A DNA stretch of 63,565 nt, counting the filler, from Octopus bimaculoides (taxonomy: Eukaryota): assembly GCF_001194135.2 (NCBI RefSeq). It is 8 parts of 8 records of this genome, joined end to end, with 100 filler letters (N's around TTAATTAATTAA, not from the genome) between each part and the next. Parts side by side here need not be neighbours in the genome. Positions count along the whole stretch, not along the records: positions 1 to 29,442 come from NC_068986.1; 7 more parts are not named here. One strand, written 5' to 3'. Of this stretch, positions 17,121-29,542 are shown piece after piece. Positions within the stretch are counted from its first letter, which is position 1, and every line of letters starts with the position of its first letter. The notes under the pieces were generated by a model, which saw only the letters and a list, made by a program, of their open reading frames with translations, searched no databases and was not told where the DNA came from. A program made the position numbers and the translations under genes.

Positions 17121-17577
17121 ATGGGATAGGTACTTCCTGGGAAATTCCGATGATTTTATGGGAGGTTCCGGGGTTTTCATTGAAAGTTCCGAAGAGAGGA
17201 TAGATATTTCCTGGAAAGTTTCGAGGATTTCATAGAAAGTTCCGATGATTTCATGGAAAGTTCCGAGGATGGGGTAGGTACCTCCTGGAACATTTCGCGA
17301 ACTTCCTGGAAAGTTCATTGGTACTACCTGAAAAATTCCGATGACTTCCTGGAAATTTCCGAGGATTTTATGGGAAGTTCCGCGGTTTTCATGGAAAGTT
17401 CTAAGGGGAGGATAGGTATTTCCTGGAAAATTTCGAGGCCATCCTGGAAAGTTCCGATAGTTTCATGGGGAGTTCCGAGGAAGGGATAGTTACTTCCTGG
17501 AAAATTTCGAGGACTTTCTGGAAAGTTCCAAGGATGTCCTGGAAAGTTCCGAGGGTTACATAGAAAGTTCCGAGAAC
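17121..17577. repeat. Minisatellite of about 19 units: 21-bp GGAAAGTTCC-GAGGATTTCMT with a 32-bp variant roughly every third unit
   Basis: Units read directly, e.g. ggaaagttcc gaggatttcat and ggaaagttct aaggggaggataggtatttcct; left end lost in the 16570-17120 gap. Confidence 0.9.
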
Positions 17578-18668
17578 AAAAACTGTGCCCGGTTAATAAG
17601 ACCAGTATAAAATGCTTCTTCGAAGCACATATTTTGAAATTTATTCAGTTCCAAAAAGTTGTGTGTGTTTATATTTTACAAATAGGACAAATTTTATACT
17701 GGAGTTAATTAATATCTCCCACTCCTGCAAAACCAGTCGTTATTTTTCCTGGCGGGCTAGTGTTCTTTGTCCTGTTATGATCTCATAAGGAGTGACAAAT
17801 ATCACGAAGAGCGCTATGGGGAGCGCTGGGTGTGTAAAGGTTTCATGATTTTTCTAAGAAAATAAGATACTCAAACCAGGTACAATACTTATAATTTAAA
17901 TGTTTTCAAAAAGAAATTTCAGTCAGGATAAGATTATGAATAATACAATGTGTTATTAGTGGGTAGGAAGCATTAGAGATAATGTACCTGTTTCGAGTTT
18001 AGTTTCGTTGCATGCTATCTCATTCTTTAATAATTTCTATTAAAAAAAGAGTGATTCGTTGGATGGGAAAAAATAAGGAAATTTGAATTCAAAACCACTG
18101 AGTGCAATTATTTTCTGTTTGATGAATTCAGTTTTCTTTTCAGTCCAAAACATGGCAAATGAGGCGTTTGCAAAACGCTGTTCTCCGAAAATGCGTAGCA
18201 GTAATGCAAAAGTTTGAGCACCGAAGGGTTAAATGATGAATTATGAGGGTTGAAATCAATTGGAAATAAAGAGCAGGACTTTCAGGAGACTTATGAACAT
18301 TGTTAAATAAAAGAACTAAATGAGTTTCAAATTCACCCATTAGTTCCTCACTTACCTACAAAGAGATAAAAATTAAGGAAATATTTTCCTTTCAATTCAA
18401 AACAGAATGACATCATAACAGTAACGTATCAAAGAATAAGGAATGTGTTAATATGGAAAAGGAAGATGAAAACAAAACAAAAAAGAAGGGGAAAGTAAAT
18501 GACACATAGATTGTTTGAGATCCAGCAAGTATAAAATATAAGCAAAATTATAAACACACCAAAACAGAGTCAAATATATTACACACTAAATATACAACCG
18601 CAGAAAAGTGCTAAATAAAAATATATAGTATCAGTAAGTGATTGAGAGATTGGGAATTAGATCCTTAC

Positions 18669-18776
18669 ATGACCAGTTCCCAAAGCATTTGAACTGGTCA
18701 GGGGCTTCTTGTTCGATAAGCTAGTCTCAAAACTAGGAGAGATGGATTGATAATTTGAAAGGATGTCCAGTGTTTT
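18669..18776 (-). CDS. Candidate downstream exon of the same gene (KTLDILSNYQSISPSFETSLSNKKPLTSSNALGTGH)
   Basis: Pyrimidine-rich acceptor (tatttttcgtgttggttcttgtgtcag|) and donor (CAT|gtaagg). 108 nt, only the phase-0 frame is open, on the same strand as the NOL4 exon. No homology recognised. Confidence 0.4.
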
Positions 18777-18848
18777 CTGACACAAGAACCAACACGAAAA
18801 ATACAAAATGAGATTTGTCTCAATCATAAGTAAACACACGCACGCACG

Positions 18849-18900
<52 letters not shown>

Positions 18901-20144
18901 ATATATATATATGTGTGTGTGCGCGCGCGTGTGTGTGTGTGTGTAGACACTTGAACGCATTCTCTTACTAACTGCTCTTCCCATGGAAAGTCAGAACAAC
19001 TTGACTGACGCGATATAACTGATAGTTATCACACCTGGAAGATCTCTCATCTATTTGGCATTTCGTTACTAAGAAGGTAAACATGTCACACTAAGAGCTG
19101 ATGCAGTAACTCAATGATGTTGATGTGTTGCGGGAGACGCAGAGGTAGGCGAAAAATCTGCTAAATAGTGAACTGACCGAGCATCGAAACGACAGATCGC
19201 TGCAATACAACCTTCACATTGATTGATTGATTGATTTCGCTTGTTCAGCTGATAAACATCTCCCGCTCGGCCTTCTTGGAGAAGCCGACAAACCTTCCAA
19301 ATATGGTGATGGAACTGACAGTTGAGACGATGCATTGGTTTTGAAGCCATGTTCACGATAAAGTGAATTTCTTGCATCGTGATTTGTAGAATCATGGGAA
19401 TCTAAGGCTACGAGTAGCATTGATGTTAAACCTTTTTTCAAAATGTGCACATCTTAACACAGACACTAAAAGTAAGTGGATCTACGGCAGTTTCGATGAC
19501 GACTATTCAAATGATAAATCAACTGAACTACTTATTCATTAAATTACAAAGACAGTTTATAATTTAGGCGCGGTTTAACAAAATCGGATGAAAGAATAAA
19601 GTGGCTGGAAGAAATGACTTGAAAATTACAAACAGTATGTAAAATATATGATTATGAACTATGCAAGCTTCCTGATGTAGGAGAACCTTCAAAGAGAGTT
19701 TATCAAGGTACCCTTCAGATCTACCCTTACCAATAAGTGTACAACCACATGCTTAGTATAGCTCCACTCACGTTAACCATTCTTACTATGATTACCCAGC
19801 TTTTGCTTAATTCATTGGAACTTTTCGCCCTCCGTCTTCGATTTGACCAAGAGGAATTTGACCAAGAAGAAGATGTCTGTCTTCAAGCATTTCAGATTCA
19901 TATATCGTACGACAGCCTCTTTTGCTTTAGCCATTAGAGAATGTGCGAGTGAGTGAGAGAGAGAGAGAGAATGAGACAGACAGACAGAGACAGAAAGGGT
20001 AAATTGCCTACCCAGCCCTATTAAAGTTGGGCGGTGTGAGAAATGTTTCAATGAATTCAGCTGACAGTAACAACTGTTCGACATATATCCACACATCCTC
20101 AGTGCTCGGACATTACATAAGTGCATGGAGTGCGGTTTCCTTAC

Positions 20145-20228
20145 TCTGCGCATATCACGGAGAATCCTGTCTGATTTCACTTCCGAATTTCTGTCGAAAT
20201 TGTAGTGCACCACAAAAGCACTGCCAAG
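20145..20228 (-). CDS. Weak candidate exon (LGSAFVVHYNFDRNSEVKSDRILRDMRR)
   Basis: Good donor AGA|gtaagg but weak acceptor (aaaattcttag|); 84 nt open in phase 0. Confidence 0.18.
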
Positions 20229-21186
20229 CTAAGAATTTTCGAACGCTATCCATATTAGTTCTCCACTACAAAACAAGCATTTTCTCCTTATCGAGCCTAG
20301 ATTTTCCACGAGGACGCTATCGCAGTTAACCACCCTTAGTCCACTAACTATTGCTGTCACAAACACTTAAAGTGATACTGGAAAATAAAAAGATCATTGA
20401 AAGGGTAGCTATGATAATAAATAAATAAAAATCATTAGTATGATGTTAAAGTAAAGGAAACAGTTGTGCTCTTCGCTAATGGTCATATAATATATAGGCT
20501 TATTCTTTCTCCCCGAATATTTCATATTTATTTAAAGTCAATTCTGTGTCTCCTACGTACTGGGTTCCAGCGATCCTGTTCAACGGAATAAATCCCATTC
20601 TTTAGAAATTTGTGGTATTCTAACAATTTCAAAAAATTAATACTGTATTTTGTGGTCCTCTTCGCATGGGTGTATTATACTCAATGGGATTCTTTGCCAA
20701 TCCACATTAATGTAATTAATAATTAGTATCGGCAATAATTAGTATCGGATCTAAGTAACAATATAATAACTTATTTTATGAATACATATGTGTATATATA
20801 TGTACACATATTTATATGTGTATGTGTGTGTGTGAATGGAAATGTTTGCATTTGTTTCTGTTTGTAGACTAAGTTAAGAGTCCAATTTCGACTCTAGTTA
20901 GCGAGATTTTTCCTACCGTTAACAGGATATAGATGTTGCACGGGGGTTATATATTCTTGAATGAAGCTTGATCTAAAAAATTGTTCAGCTTTTGTTATCG
21001 TTTCCGTTAATCCTATTATTGTTATTAGATTCGTCGTTTCTTTTTTTTTTTCTGCATTAACGACTGTGACAAGGACATCGTCCACATTAAAAACAACCGC
21101 CAAATGAATGAAGTAAGACAATATCAACAAAGTATTCACTATCGATAAAATAATATATATATAACTGTACAATAATATTTCATTCT

Positions 21187-21521
21187 CCGATTTGAAGCGA
21201 CAATGTTTAGATACAAACAAATGACTGCGAAATGTTGAGCTAAACCCAACCAGAATCGAACCCACAAATCAACGATAACACGGCTCTTTGCGCATTCGAT
21301 TGGGCCTAACGCTCAACCATCCATTTCAGTCAAATTTAATTAATATATACTTAAACTGTCTAATACTATATATAGTATTTCTAAACAAGCGCGAAAGGCT
21401 CTGTAAATTACAGAGAGAAAACTACCATGAAAGACTGTATAATAATAATTGTATAATATATCATAATAATATTTTATTTTCCGATTTGAAGCGACAATTT
21501 TTAAATACAAACAAATGACTG
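21187..21521 (+). repeat. 41-bp direct repeat pair (21187-21227 and 21481-21521)
   Basis: ccgatttgaagcgacaat(g/t)ttta(g/a)atacaaacaaatgactg with 2 mismatches; similarity extends into the AT-rich flank upstream. Confidence 0.85.
21250..21318 (-). mobile_element. tRNA-like SINE head remnant
   Basis: Minus-strand A box tggttgagcgttagg and B box gggttcgattc; spacing and ends do not form a tRNA. Confidence 0.45.
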
Positions 21522-21899
21522 AAAAATGATGAGGCCATAAGGCTGATCAGAAAGAGGTGGTAGTAAGAGAGGTAATAGCAATGGTAGTAGCAGTAATACT
21601 ACTGCTGAGAATGGTCGTGATTTTATGGATCTCTTCATACTACCAACATGATCTCAGTAGAGATCGAGTTGGTGGAATGATGATTGTGGTTGTATTTATG
21701 GCAACGGAATGGAAGTAGTAGTAGTGAGGGTGCGCGAGAGGACCGTGGCATGATGGATTTTAGAAAGGCCTTGATGATAGTGGTGTTGAAATGACAGCGA
21801 TCCTGTTTGTGATAATGCTTGTGATTTGGGGGTGTAGTAATGGCAATACCATTGTTAGTGATAGTGTTGGTACGATTAGGTGTTATTGCGGTGAGAGTG

Positions 21900-21923
21900 G
21901 TGGTGGTGGTGCTGCTGCTGATA

Positions 21924-21970
<47 letters not shown>

Positions 21971-22000
21971 CACGACGACGACGATGATGGTGGTAGTAGT
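21900..22000. repeat. (GGT)/(GAT)/(GAC) compound trinucleotide repeat
   Basis: Direct reading. Confidence 0.9.
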
Positions 22001-22375
22001 GGTGGGGAAATATCAGGTCATTTTATGGCAGTAACCTTCCCTACAGGGGACATCAAATCCAGAGTTAACTTTTTTCTTTCCCTTTTTTTTTTAATAATGG
22101 AATCACCTCATTGTTTTCCTCTTCCTCTAGTATTCCCCCGCCCTATATCTCACAGCCACTCCCTTTACCAACCCCTGTACAATGGCCTGTCTAACTGGTG
22201 TCATCAGAGATTGAACCCTTAGATCTTCACAGTCATATTGTTAACCTCGTACTGCTGCAGGTCATGGGACTTCTAATCTGTGTCGCGCACTCGCATTTCC
22301 TCATTCCTCTGCTTCCTCCTCTACCTCCTTATCCTATTCCTCCACAGTTACCTTCTCCATTTTCCTTCTCCTTTT

Positions 22376-22377
<2 letters not shown>

Positions 22378-22426
<49 letters not shown>
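22378..22426. repeat. (ATT)n microsatellite
   Basis: Direct reading. Confidence 0.95.
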
Positions 22427-22427
<1 letters not shown>

Positions 22428-22686
22428 GCTCTTTTTCTTCATTGCGAATTGTTTAACTCTCTTCTGCTTTATCATCTTTTATTGTCGCTGTACTCATGAT
22501 AATAATTACGCCCCTTTCTTTATTCTTCTGGATACTATTTCCCAGGCAACCATTCTGGCCTCCTGTATCTGTTTCAATCTCGCATTCTAAATACCTCCAT
22601 ACTTATTGTCACTCTACCACTTTCCCTATCTCATCTCCTCTTCCATTTCTACCACAGATAGCACTGCCTCCCTTTTTCTCTCTCAC

Positions 22687-22687
<1 letters not shown>

Positions 22688-22723
<36 letters not shown>

Positions 22724-22735
22724 TTATCTATCTAC

Positions 22736-22792
<57 letters not shown>
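22688..22792. repeat. (TATC)n microsatellite
   Basis: Direct reading. Confidence 0.95.
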
Positions 22793-24133
22793 AGTTTGTC
22801 AACATCCCTACAAATATATATATCTGGCTAGTTATGTGTCTCCCTATCTGTCCGTCAATCTGCTTCTATATCTATGTATCTTCCTCCTATTTGTCTATGC
22901 AATTGCAGTTAGGTTTATGTGAGTGATTGAGTAATTATTCATCTAGTTATCCATTGACCTATCTATAACTTTCTCTGAGCCACTTTAAACAAGTACAGAA
23001 AATCGCTGTAATATACCAATTGTGAAACAAACACACATTTTCACACATATACACATATATGTGTATACATTTGATCATATACCAACAAACACAAATGCAA
23101 AATCATAGATACACATGCGTACATACATACACAGAAAATATCCCTCGGTGGTTATCGACATCAATACTAATATGGTGCTTAAGCCTTGACCCCGTTGCTT
23201 TTTACATCTTCACAACTATTATATTCCCTTTCATTTTCTGATGAAGCAATTTCTCTTCATTAATTATAGCAAGATTCTTTGCAATCAACACTTTTTGTAA
23301 TTATAATTTCTACGGATATTTTCCTTAATGATTTACAGACGCTTCATTTATCCAGTGGGTGATTAATATATCCACTGAGTGCTCACAAGAAAATTAGGAG
23401 TGTGTTTCTTAATGGACATGATGCGTGGACAATACATGCACTGTATGTGGTTAATCGTACTCAGATAATAAAAACAGGCTTTAGATGATCATTTTTTTTA
23501 AAGAGCACATCAAAGCAAAAAAGACAAGAAATCGCCCCATCCCGCGGCAACCTAGGAAAACGTTGTGCAATTTAAAGAAGTTTGAATCAAACTTATTTAC
23601 AATATCGTTGCAGTTAAGGCAACACTTTGTGATTGTTTATATTCTCATCATTGTTTCTGTATGATGTTACAACACTGTTTGTCCTACAGATATTCCTGTG
23701 TTGCATAAGAATCAGCTAGTATGAAATAACTTAATTTCAAGATATAAGGTCTCACAGATTATCATGATATTGCTACGTTGAATGAAGATAGGTTATGGTT
23801 AGATAAGAATACAGGTATGTATGTATGCATGTATATATATCTATATGTATGTGTGTGTGTAAATATGCATGCATGCATGTGTGTATGTATGTACGTACGT
23901 ATGTATTTATGTATATACGAGAGGTCCCAGGCTGGAAGCACGAGCGAGCCAGTATTCCACTTCTTCAAGATGTTGCCCTAGCTTGGCAGGAGTGCAGTCA
24001 CTAAGGTAATAGGCTATATATATATTTATGTATGTGTGTGTATGTGTGTGCGAGTATTGTGCAAATATGTATTTGTGTGTGTGTACGTACACACACACAC
24101 ACACACATATATATATCTATATGTATGTATGTA

Positions 24134-24189
<56 letters not shown>

Positions 24190-24232
24190 TGTGATTGTCC
24201 CACCCGCCATCGTTTGACAACCGATGCTGGCG

Positions 24233-24450
24233 TCGCCAAACTGTGGAATATGCCCCAACCTACTGAAAGACTCGGAATTCCTATTCAAACAAGGAGAGAG
24301 GTTCACAATTAAAACCAACTTCACTTGTGCTTCCGAGAATCTAATTTATGCTATAACTTGTTCAAGTTGTGGACATGACTATATCTGACACTGAGACAGA
24401 ACTACACTAATTAAGGAACAGACACAGTTCCCGCAATACAGAGAGATTCC
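24233..24450 (+). pseudogene. Penelope-like retroelement GIY-YIG endonuclease fragment
   Basis: SPNCGICPNLLKDSEFLFKQGERFTIKTNFTCASENLIYAITCSSCGHDYI* then ...PQYREIPLSE; typical CxxC-IY-CxxC-YI layout of PLE endonucleases. Confidence 0.8.
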
Positions 24451-25084
24451 TTTGAGTGAAGTCTCAACCAAACTTCATATACATACATACATACATACAT
24501 ACATACATACATACATGTAAATTCGCTTACAAGGTATTGCAAATGCGAGACAAGAGAAGTTACTTGCTCAAGAAGTCACCCAATTGGGTGGATTAGAAAC
24601 CAAATGGTTGCAAAATCGACCACCTTAACCAAACATGCGCACCTGCATGCGCGCGCGCCTGTGCGTGTGTGTGTGCCTGCGTGTGTGTATGCACGTACGT
24701 TCGCACTGTGCGACGTTAATATATGTATGCATAACGTTAATATATGTATGCATATACACACGAGGGTCTTTAGGTGAATAGCTGTCTATGTCAGTAGCAA
24801 GACCTTGTTAAACCTAAGTCTCTAGTAGAGGGCGTATATCAAAAATGTTGCAATGTGGAATCGAATCTGGAATCTCGTGGTTCCAAAGCAAACTTCGTAC
24901 CCACTCGACCAAGTGCATGTACATTTTGCGAATATAGTAATTGTTGCTTCTTTTTTTTTTTTTTTTTTTCCTAAATGAACACCTCAAATATCATCTGGTA
25001 TTTTTGAAGATAATCTAGTCTTGGCTTTTACTTTGCAAACGCCTACTTCTAAATGTCATTTTGAAATATAATAAACTCGTAACT

Positions 25085-25250
25085 CAGTTGGCCTATGATC
25101 AAAGAGATTCTAGCTTTAATCATCTTGTCATTTTGTGCACCTATGATCGCAGTGTGAATGTGACATTACTTCTTAAAGACAGATGAGTGTGATGTCAGGG
25201 AAATTTGGCTGCTATTTCTAGTAGATAGAGCGACTGCATAAACATTTCTT
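25085..25250 (-). mobile_element. Old family E copy
   Basis: ggcctatgatcaaag...gatgtcagggaaatttggctgctatttctag is the reverse complement of the 14135 layout. Confidence 0.55.
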
Positions 25251-25740
25251 AGGTGGATCGTACTTCATGTATTATTACTATTCTCTCCTGCCTTGTGCGC
25301 ACCATAAATATAAAACACGGTTTCATAATTGCATTCTTTTCTTCAAAGCAAATATAACTGTCACACCAGTTTCAGACACAGAAACATTTTATATATTGTC
25401 TTATCAGAGTTCGATATCGTAGAGAATATATGGCAAAATATAGAGAAAAAAAAACTTATATTGAAACTGCATTGCATTCATAAGATTACGTAAAAAAATT
25501 GAAAAAAAAACCCACAAAAGAATCTTAAACTTCAGTACTTATATTTCTGAGATATTTTCGTATTTGTATGGAGGCGAAGACGTTTCAGAATCCTAACATT
25601 TTCTTAAAATTTCAGTTAATATGAAAATTTTGAAAAGCATTGCCACGTTAAATGCTTCTATTGCTTGCTGTGGTGTTATGGAAAGTGAAGTGCTGTCACC
25701 CAAAATATTCTAATGGCCCATCTGTTCATATTAAGCTTTT

Positions 25741-26122
25741 TGTTGGCACTCCATCGCTTACGACGTCGAGGGTTCCAGTTGATCCGTTCGTCGGAACAGC
25801 CTGCTCGTGAAATTAACGTGCAAGTGGCTGACCACTCCACAGACACGTGTACCGTTAACGTAGTTCTCGGGGATATTCAGCGTGACACAGTGTGACAAGG
25901 CTGACCCTTTGAATTACAGGCACAACAGAAACAGGAAGTAAGAGTGAGAGAAAGTTGTGGTGGAAGAGTACAGCAGGGTACGCCACCATCCCCTGCCGGA
26001 GCCTCGTGGAGCTTTAGGTGTTTTCGCTCAATAAACACTCACAACGCCCGGTCTGGGGATCGAAACCGCGATCCTATGACCACGAGTTCGCTGCCCTAAC
26101 CACTGGGCCATTGAGCCTCCAC
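25741..26122 (-). mobile_element. SINE family A, full length
   Basis: Reverse complement of the 5983 element along its whole length. Confidence 0.9.
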
Positions 26123-26319
26123 ATAAGATAAAATAACCTTCCTATATTTGACCTCAAAACTGTGCACTATGTTCTCAGGTCAAATTCACCCGAGGTTCAC
26201 ATAATTTGTCATAGTTTCGGGATCAATAAAATGCAGGGTCACTTTAAAGTACTGAGTTCAATATCCTCGATTATGGTTCTGGGGTCAACTGGGGCTCAAG
26301 AGCTTAGGCCACGGACACG

Positions 26320-26540
26320 GCAAATAACCGGTTGATATTAAAATCTCCCTGTTAAGTGGCAGCGAGGTTCGCATCTGGAACTCTGGCGGTGATTATTTCT
26401 CAAACAGCAAAACGTGTCGGATCCAAGCTCTGCCAGGAGGAGGACGATAGGCAGTAGAAACTTACAACATTCCGAGCTCCTGAACGAACTCCCGTATTCA
26501 ATTTGATCAGGAGTGAGACTACAACAGGAATACCGGCTAC
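26320..26540 (-). pseudogene. Decayed LINE APE-endonuclease fragment
   Basis: AYRPPPG (26432-26449) followed, with a frameshift, by GDFNIN (26331-26348): the YRPP and GDFN motifs of non-LTR endonucleases. Confidence 0.65.
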
Positions 26541-27106
26541 TTTTTTAATGTAACACAATCACCATCTTGTCTGTTGAGACTACGTAACACTTGCAGTACA
26601 TTTATTATTAAACAATCGCAGTGAAAAATTAAAAAGGAAGAAAACATCTAATCGTAAGTTTTTCATTATAATTCTCACGAAGTCGTATAGTAAATTATGA
26701 GGGTATATATTACTACCCTTTATACTAAGCGAAAAGTTCACCTATTGTTGCCACTACTCACTACGCCACTTGGGTTTTAGTGTACCTTGGTCAAGCTGGG
26801 CACTCCTTGATCTTCGATAAATTTGCATTGTTTTTTATTATATAGAGAATGTGTCTAAATGAATCTGGATTAGAATTTCCGACCATGAGTGTTCATTATA
26901 TTCGTTCAGCCACCAGTTTCATGGAACTAATGTGTAAGTGGCTGTGTATACCACAGACATTTTTATCTTTAATATAATTCTCAGGCTGAATCAATGTGTT
27001 AGCGCGTGACAAGTCTAAACCTTTAAATTATAGATGCAACCCGTCAAACGGGCATCAACACAGTTTCTCTCTTCCCAATTTCGTTCTCAAAGTATAAGCC
27101 GATCAG

Positions 27107-27298
27107 GGCGGTGAGCCGGCAGAATCTTTAGCATGCCGAATGAAATACTTAGCCGTATTGAGTTCAAATTCTGCCGAGGTCGACTTTGCCTTTCGTTCTC
27201 TCGGGGTCGCTAAAATAAGTACCAGCGGAGCAAAGCAGTCGATGCAATTGACTTATCCTCTCCCCTGAAATTGCTGGCCTTGTGCCAAAATTTGAAAT
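27107..27298 (+). mobile_element. SINE family D
   Basis: ggcggtgagccggcagaatc...gagttcaaattctgccgaggtcgactttgcctttc...aagtaccag...ccttgtgccaaaatttgaaa. Confidence 0.75.
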
Positions 27299-28284
27299 CA
27301 GTATATAATTCCATCAAAAGTTTTAAAATATGATACTTGCCCAAGATACCACGTAGTGTAACCTAAACCGTGATTTTATAATTTGGTCATAACGCATCTC
27401 CTTAGTATAATACTACATTCTCTGATATGTCAGACATTTTTGCCTTTATTAAAATGTTAAGATGAGTGTTGAAAATTATTTAGCTGCTATTTTTAACAAG
27501 TTAAACAGCTAGATAAAGGCTCTATTGTTTCTTCAATATGGTAATGATATCCGTGGTAAAACGATACCACAGAAATGGAAGTGTTTTTGATGCTATTCGT
27601 GATGGTGCAGGCATTAAAATTAGTGGTTCATGTTGGAGATAGTATTGATGGATTTTGTTGCAAAAAGCTGTGGTAGTCCACATTATCATTTTTATTATTA
27701 TCTTCTTTGTTGTTGTTGTTTTTAGCAACCATCACTCTTTGGTGTTTAAAGTCACTCTTCGTTTTTTTTAAAGTTTTATATCCAATTGTAAAACAGAACC
27801 CTCCGAAGAGTAATTTGTATCATTTTCTTTATTATTATAATTTTTTTTTTTTGCTTTCACCGAGAAAATGGTTAAACAGGACAAAAAAAAAAGACAAAAA
27901 AAATCTTCAACATTTGAAAAAAGAAAACGAATACACATAAGCATAAACCTAGGAAAAAATCGAAATAAATTGGTTTCGATTTATTGTTGAAGGTCTATTG
28001 ATGTTGTTGTCGTCGTTATCCTCCTTCTATTGTTAATGGTGTTCTAATGTTATTATTGTTCTTGTTGTCGTTCTTGATGAGCCTACTGCTGTTGTTGTCA
28101 CTGTTGGTGTTGTTATTGTCTTTGATGTCGTTAGTGCTTCTCCAAGCTTTCACACATGTTTTATTTTTTATTTTACTTTTTCATTTGATTTGGGAAAAAG
28201 GCCGACTAATTTTCACATCGGTCACATTTTTAATACTTTTTTCAATATTGCTGTTGTTACTGTTATAATTATATCGAATCGTCC

Positions 28285-28336
<52 letters not shown>

Positions 28337-29000
28337 GGGTTTTTTTGCCATATATAAAAAAGTTTATGTTATGTTTTCTTACAATGTTATTATATGTTTT
28401 TCGCCATTTTGCTTTTATTGGTGTGTTGGTAGGCGGTATTACAGATTGGAGTTAGTTGTTTTCTCATAAAATACAAAGTTTATTATTTTTCGATTCACTA
28501 TAATGTTTTAGGTTTCAGAATAAAAAGACTTAAGAAACGATTTTCATGGCGTTGAGCAAGTTTCACAGTTCCTGAAAGCAATTAGCATCTTTTAGGTTTA
28601 GGAAACAATCCTTGCGGGAGACTATTTCCGGTACATCATATACATAACTATTCGTGATGTCCTGAGAAGACGCACAAAAAATGTTCACTGTGAATACATT
28701 GTTCTTAATACACTGTTTCTGTAGTTCTGTTTGTTTTATTTTACTTTTGGTGATGTTGCTACTACAAAATGTTGTGGTTATTATTACTGTTGTTGTTATT
28801 GTTGTTGATAATGACGATGCCGTGGTTTTCATGATGCATTTATTTTCACTTAGATACATCAACTCATCAATGTATCAATCAATCAAACTATCGGAGTACA
28901 CACACACATATAGACACACAGACATATACAGACACAGGTGCATACATACACACACACACCAAGACATTATATAATATACTCACATATATATTTACATATA

Positions 29001-29067
<67 letters not shown>

Positions 29068-29442
29068 CACCCAAACACACACACACACATATATACAGAG
29101 AGAGATTCACATTCACGGATACACACATATGTGGGTGCACGCGTGTGTATGAATGTGTGTATGTGCATTTATGTGTGTGTATAGTTACAATAATATATCG
29201 TTGCAAATATATATATATCTTTCATCCCTGGATGTATAGATAGTCTAGCGTTTTCATGAAATTAACTTCGCAAACACGCGGTATCTGGTTCGATTTCTCT
29301 GCATTGCATATCAGATGATTTTGACAGTAAATATAGGTTTGAGAACATAATGTTACAGAAACTTAATTGTTAGAAATTGTACGGAAGCTTGTTGTATGCA
29401 TGTCTATATATACATATACATACATACATACATACATACATA

Positions 29443-29542
29443 NNNNNNNNNNNNNNNNNNNNNNNNNNNNNNNNNNNNNNNNNNNNTTAATTAATTAANN
29501 NNNNNNNNNNNNNNNNNNNNNNNNNNNNNNNNNNNNNNNNNN
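29443..29542. other. Artificial 100-bp scaffold spacer (44 N + TTAATTAATTAA + 44 N); the 12-mer also occurs at 34270, 43301, 53146, 56639, 59702 and 62325
   Basis: An identical 12-mer with stops in all six frames, centred in N runs seven times. Confidence 0.95.

Noticed and set aside
17121-17577. CRISPR-like appearance of the repeat array
   Set aside because: The 'spacers' are themselves repeats, there are no cas genes, and the context is eukaryotic.
19111-19450. Two overlapping minus-strand ORFs in relatively GC-rich unique sequence
   Set aside because: No convincing splice sites and no recognisable homology.
29487-29498. Palindromic TTAATTAATTAA recurring seven times
   Set aside because: It is always centred in a 100-bp N block, so it is an artificial six-frame-stop scaffold spacer, not a biological motif or piggyBac site.
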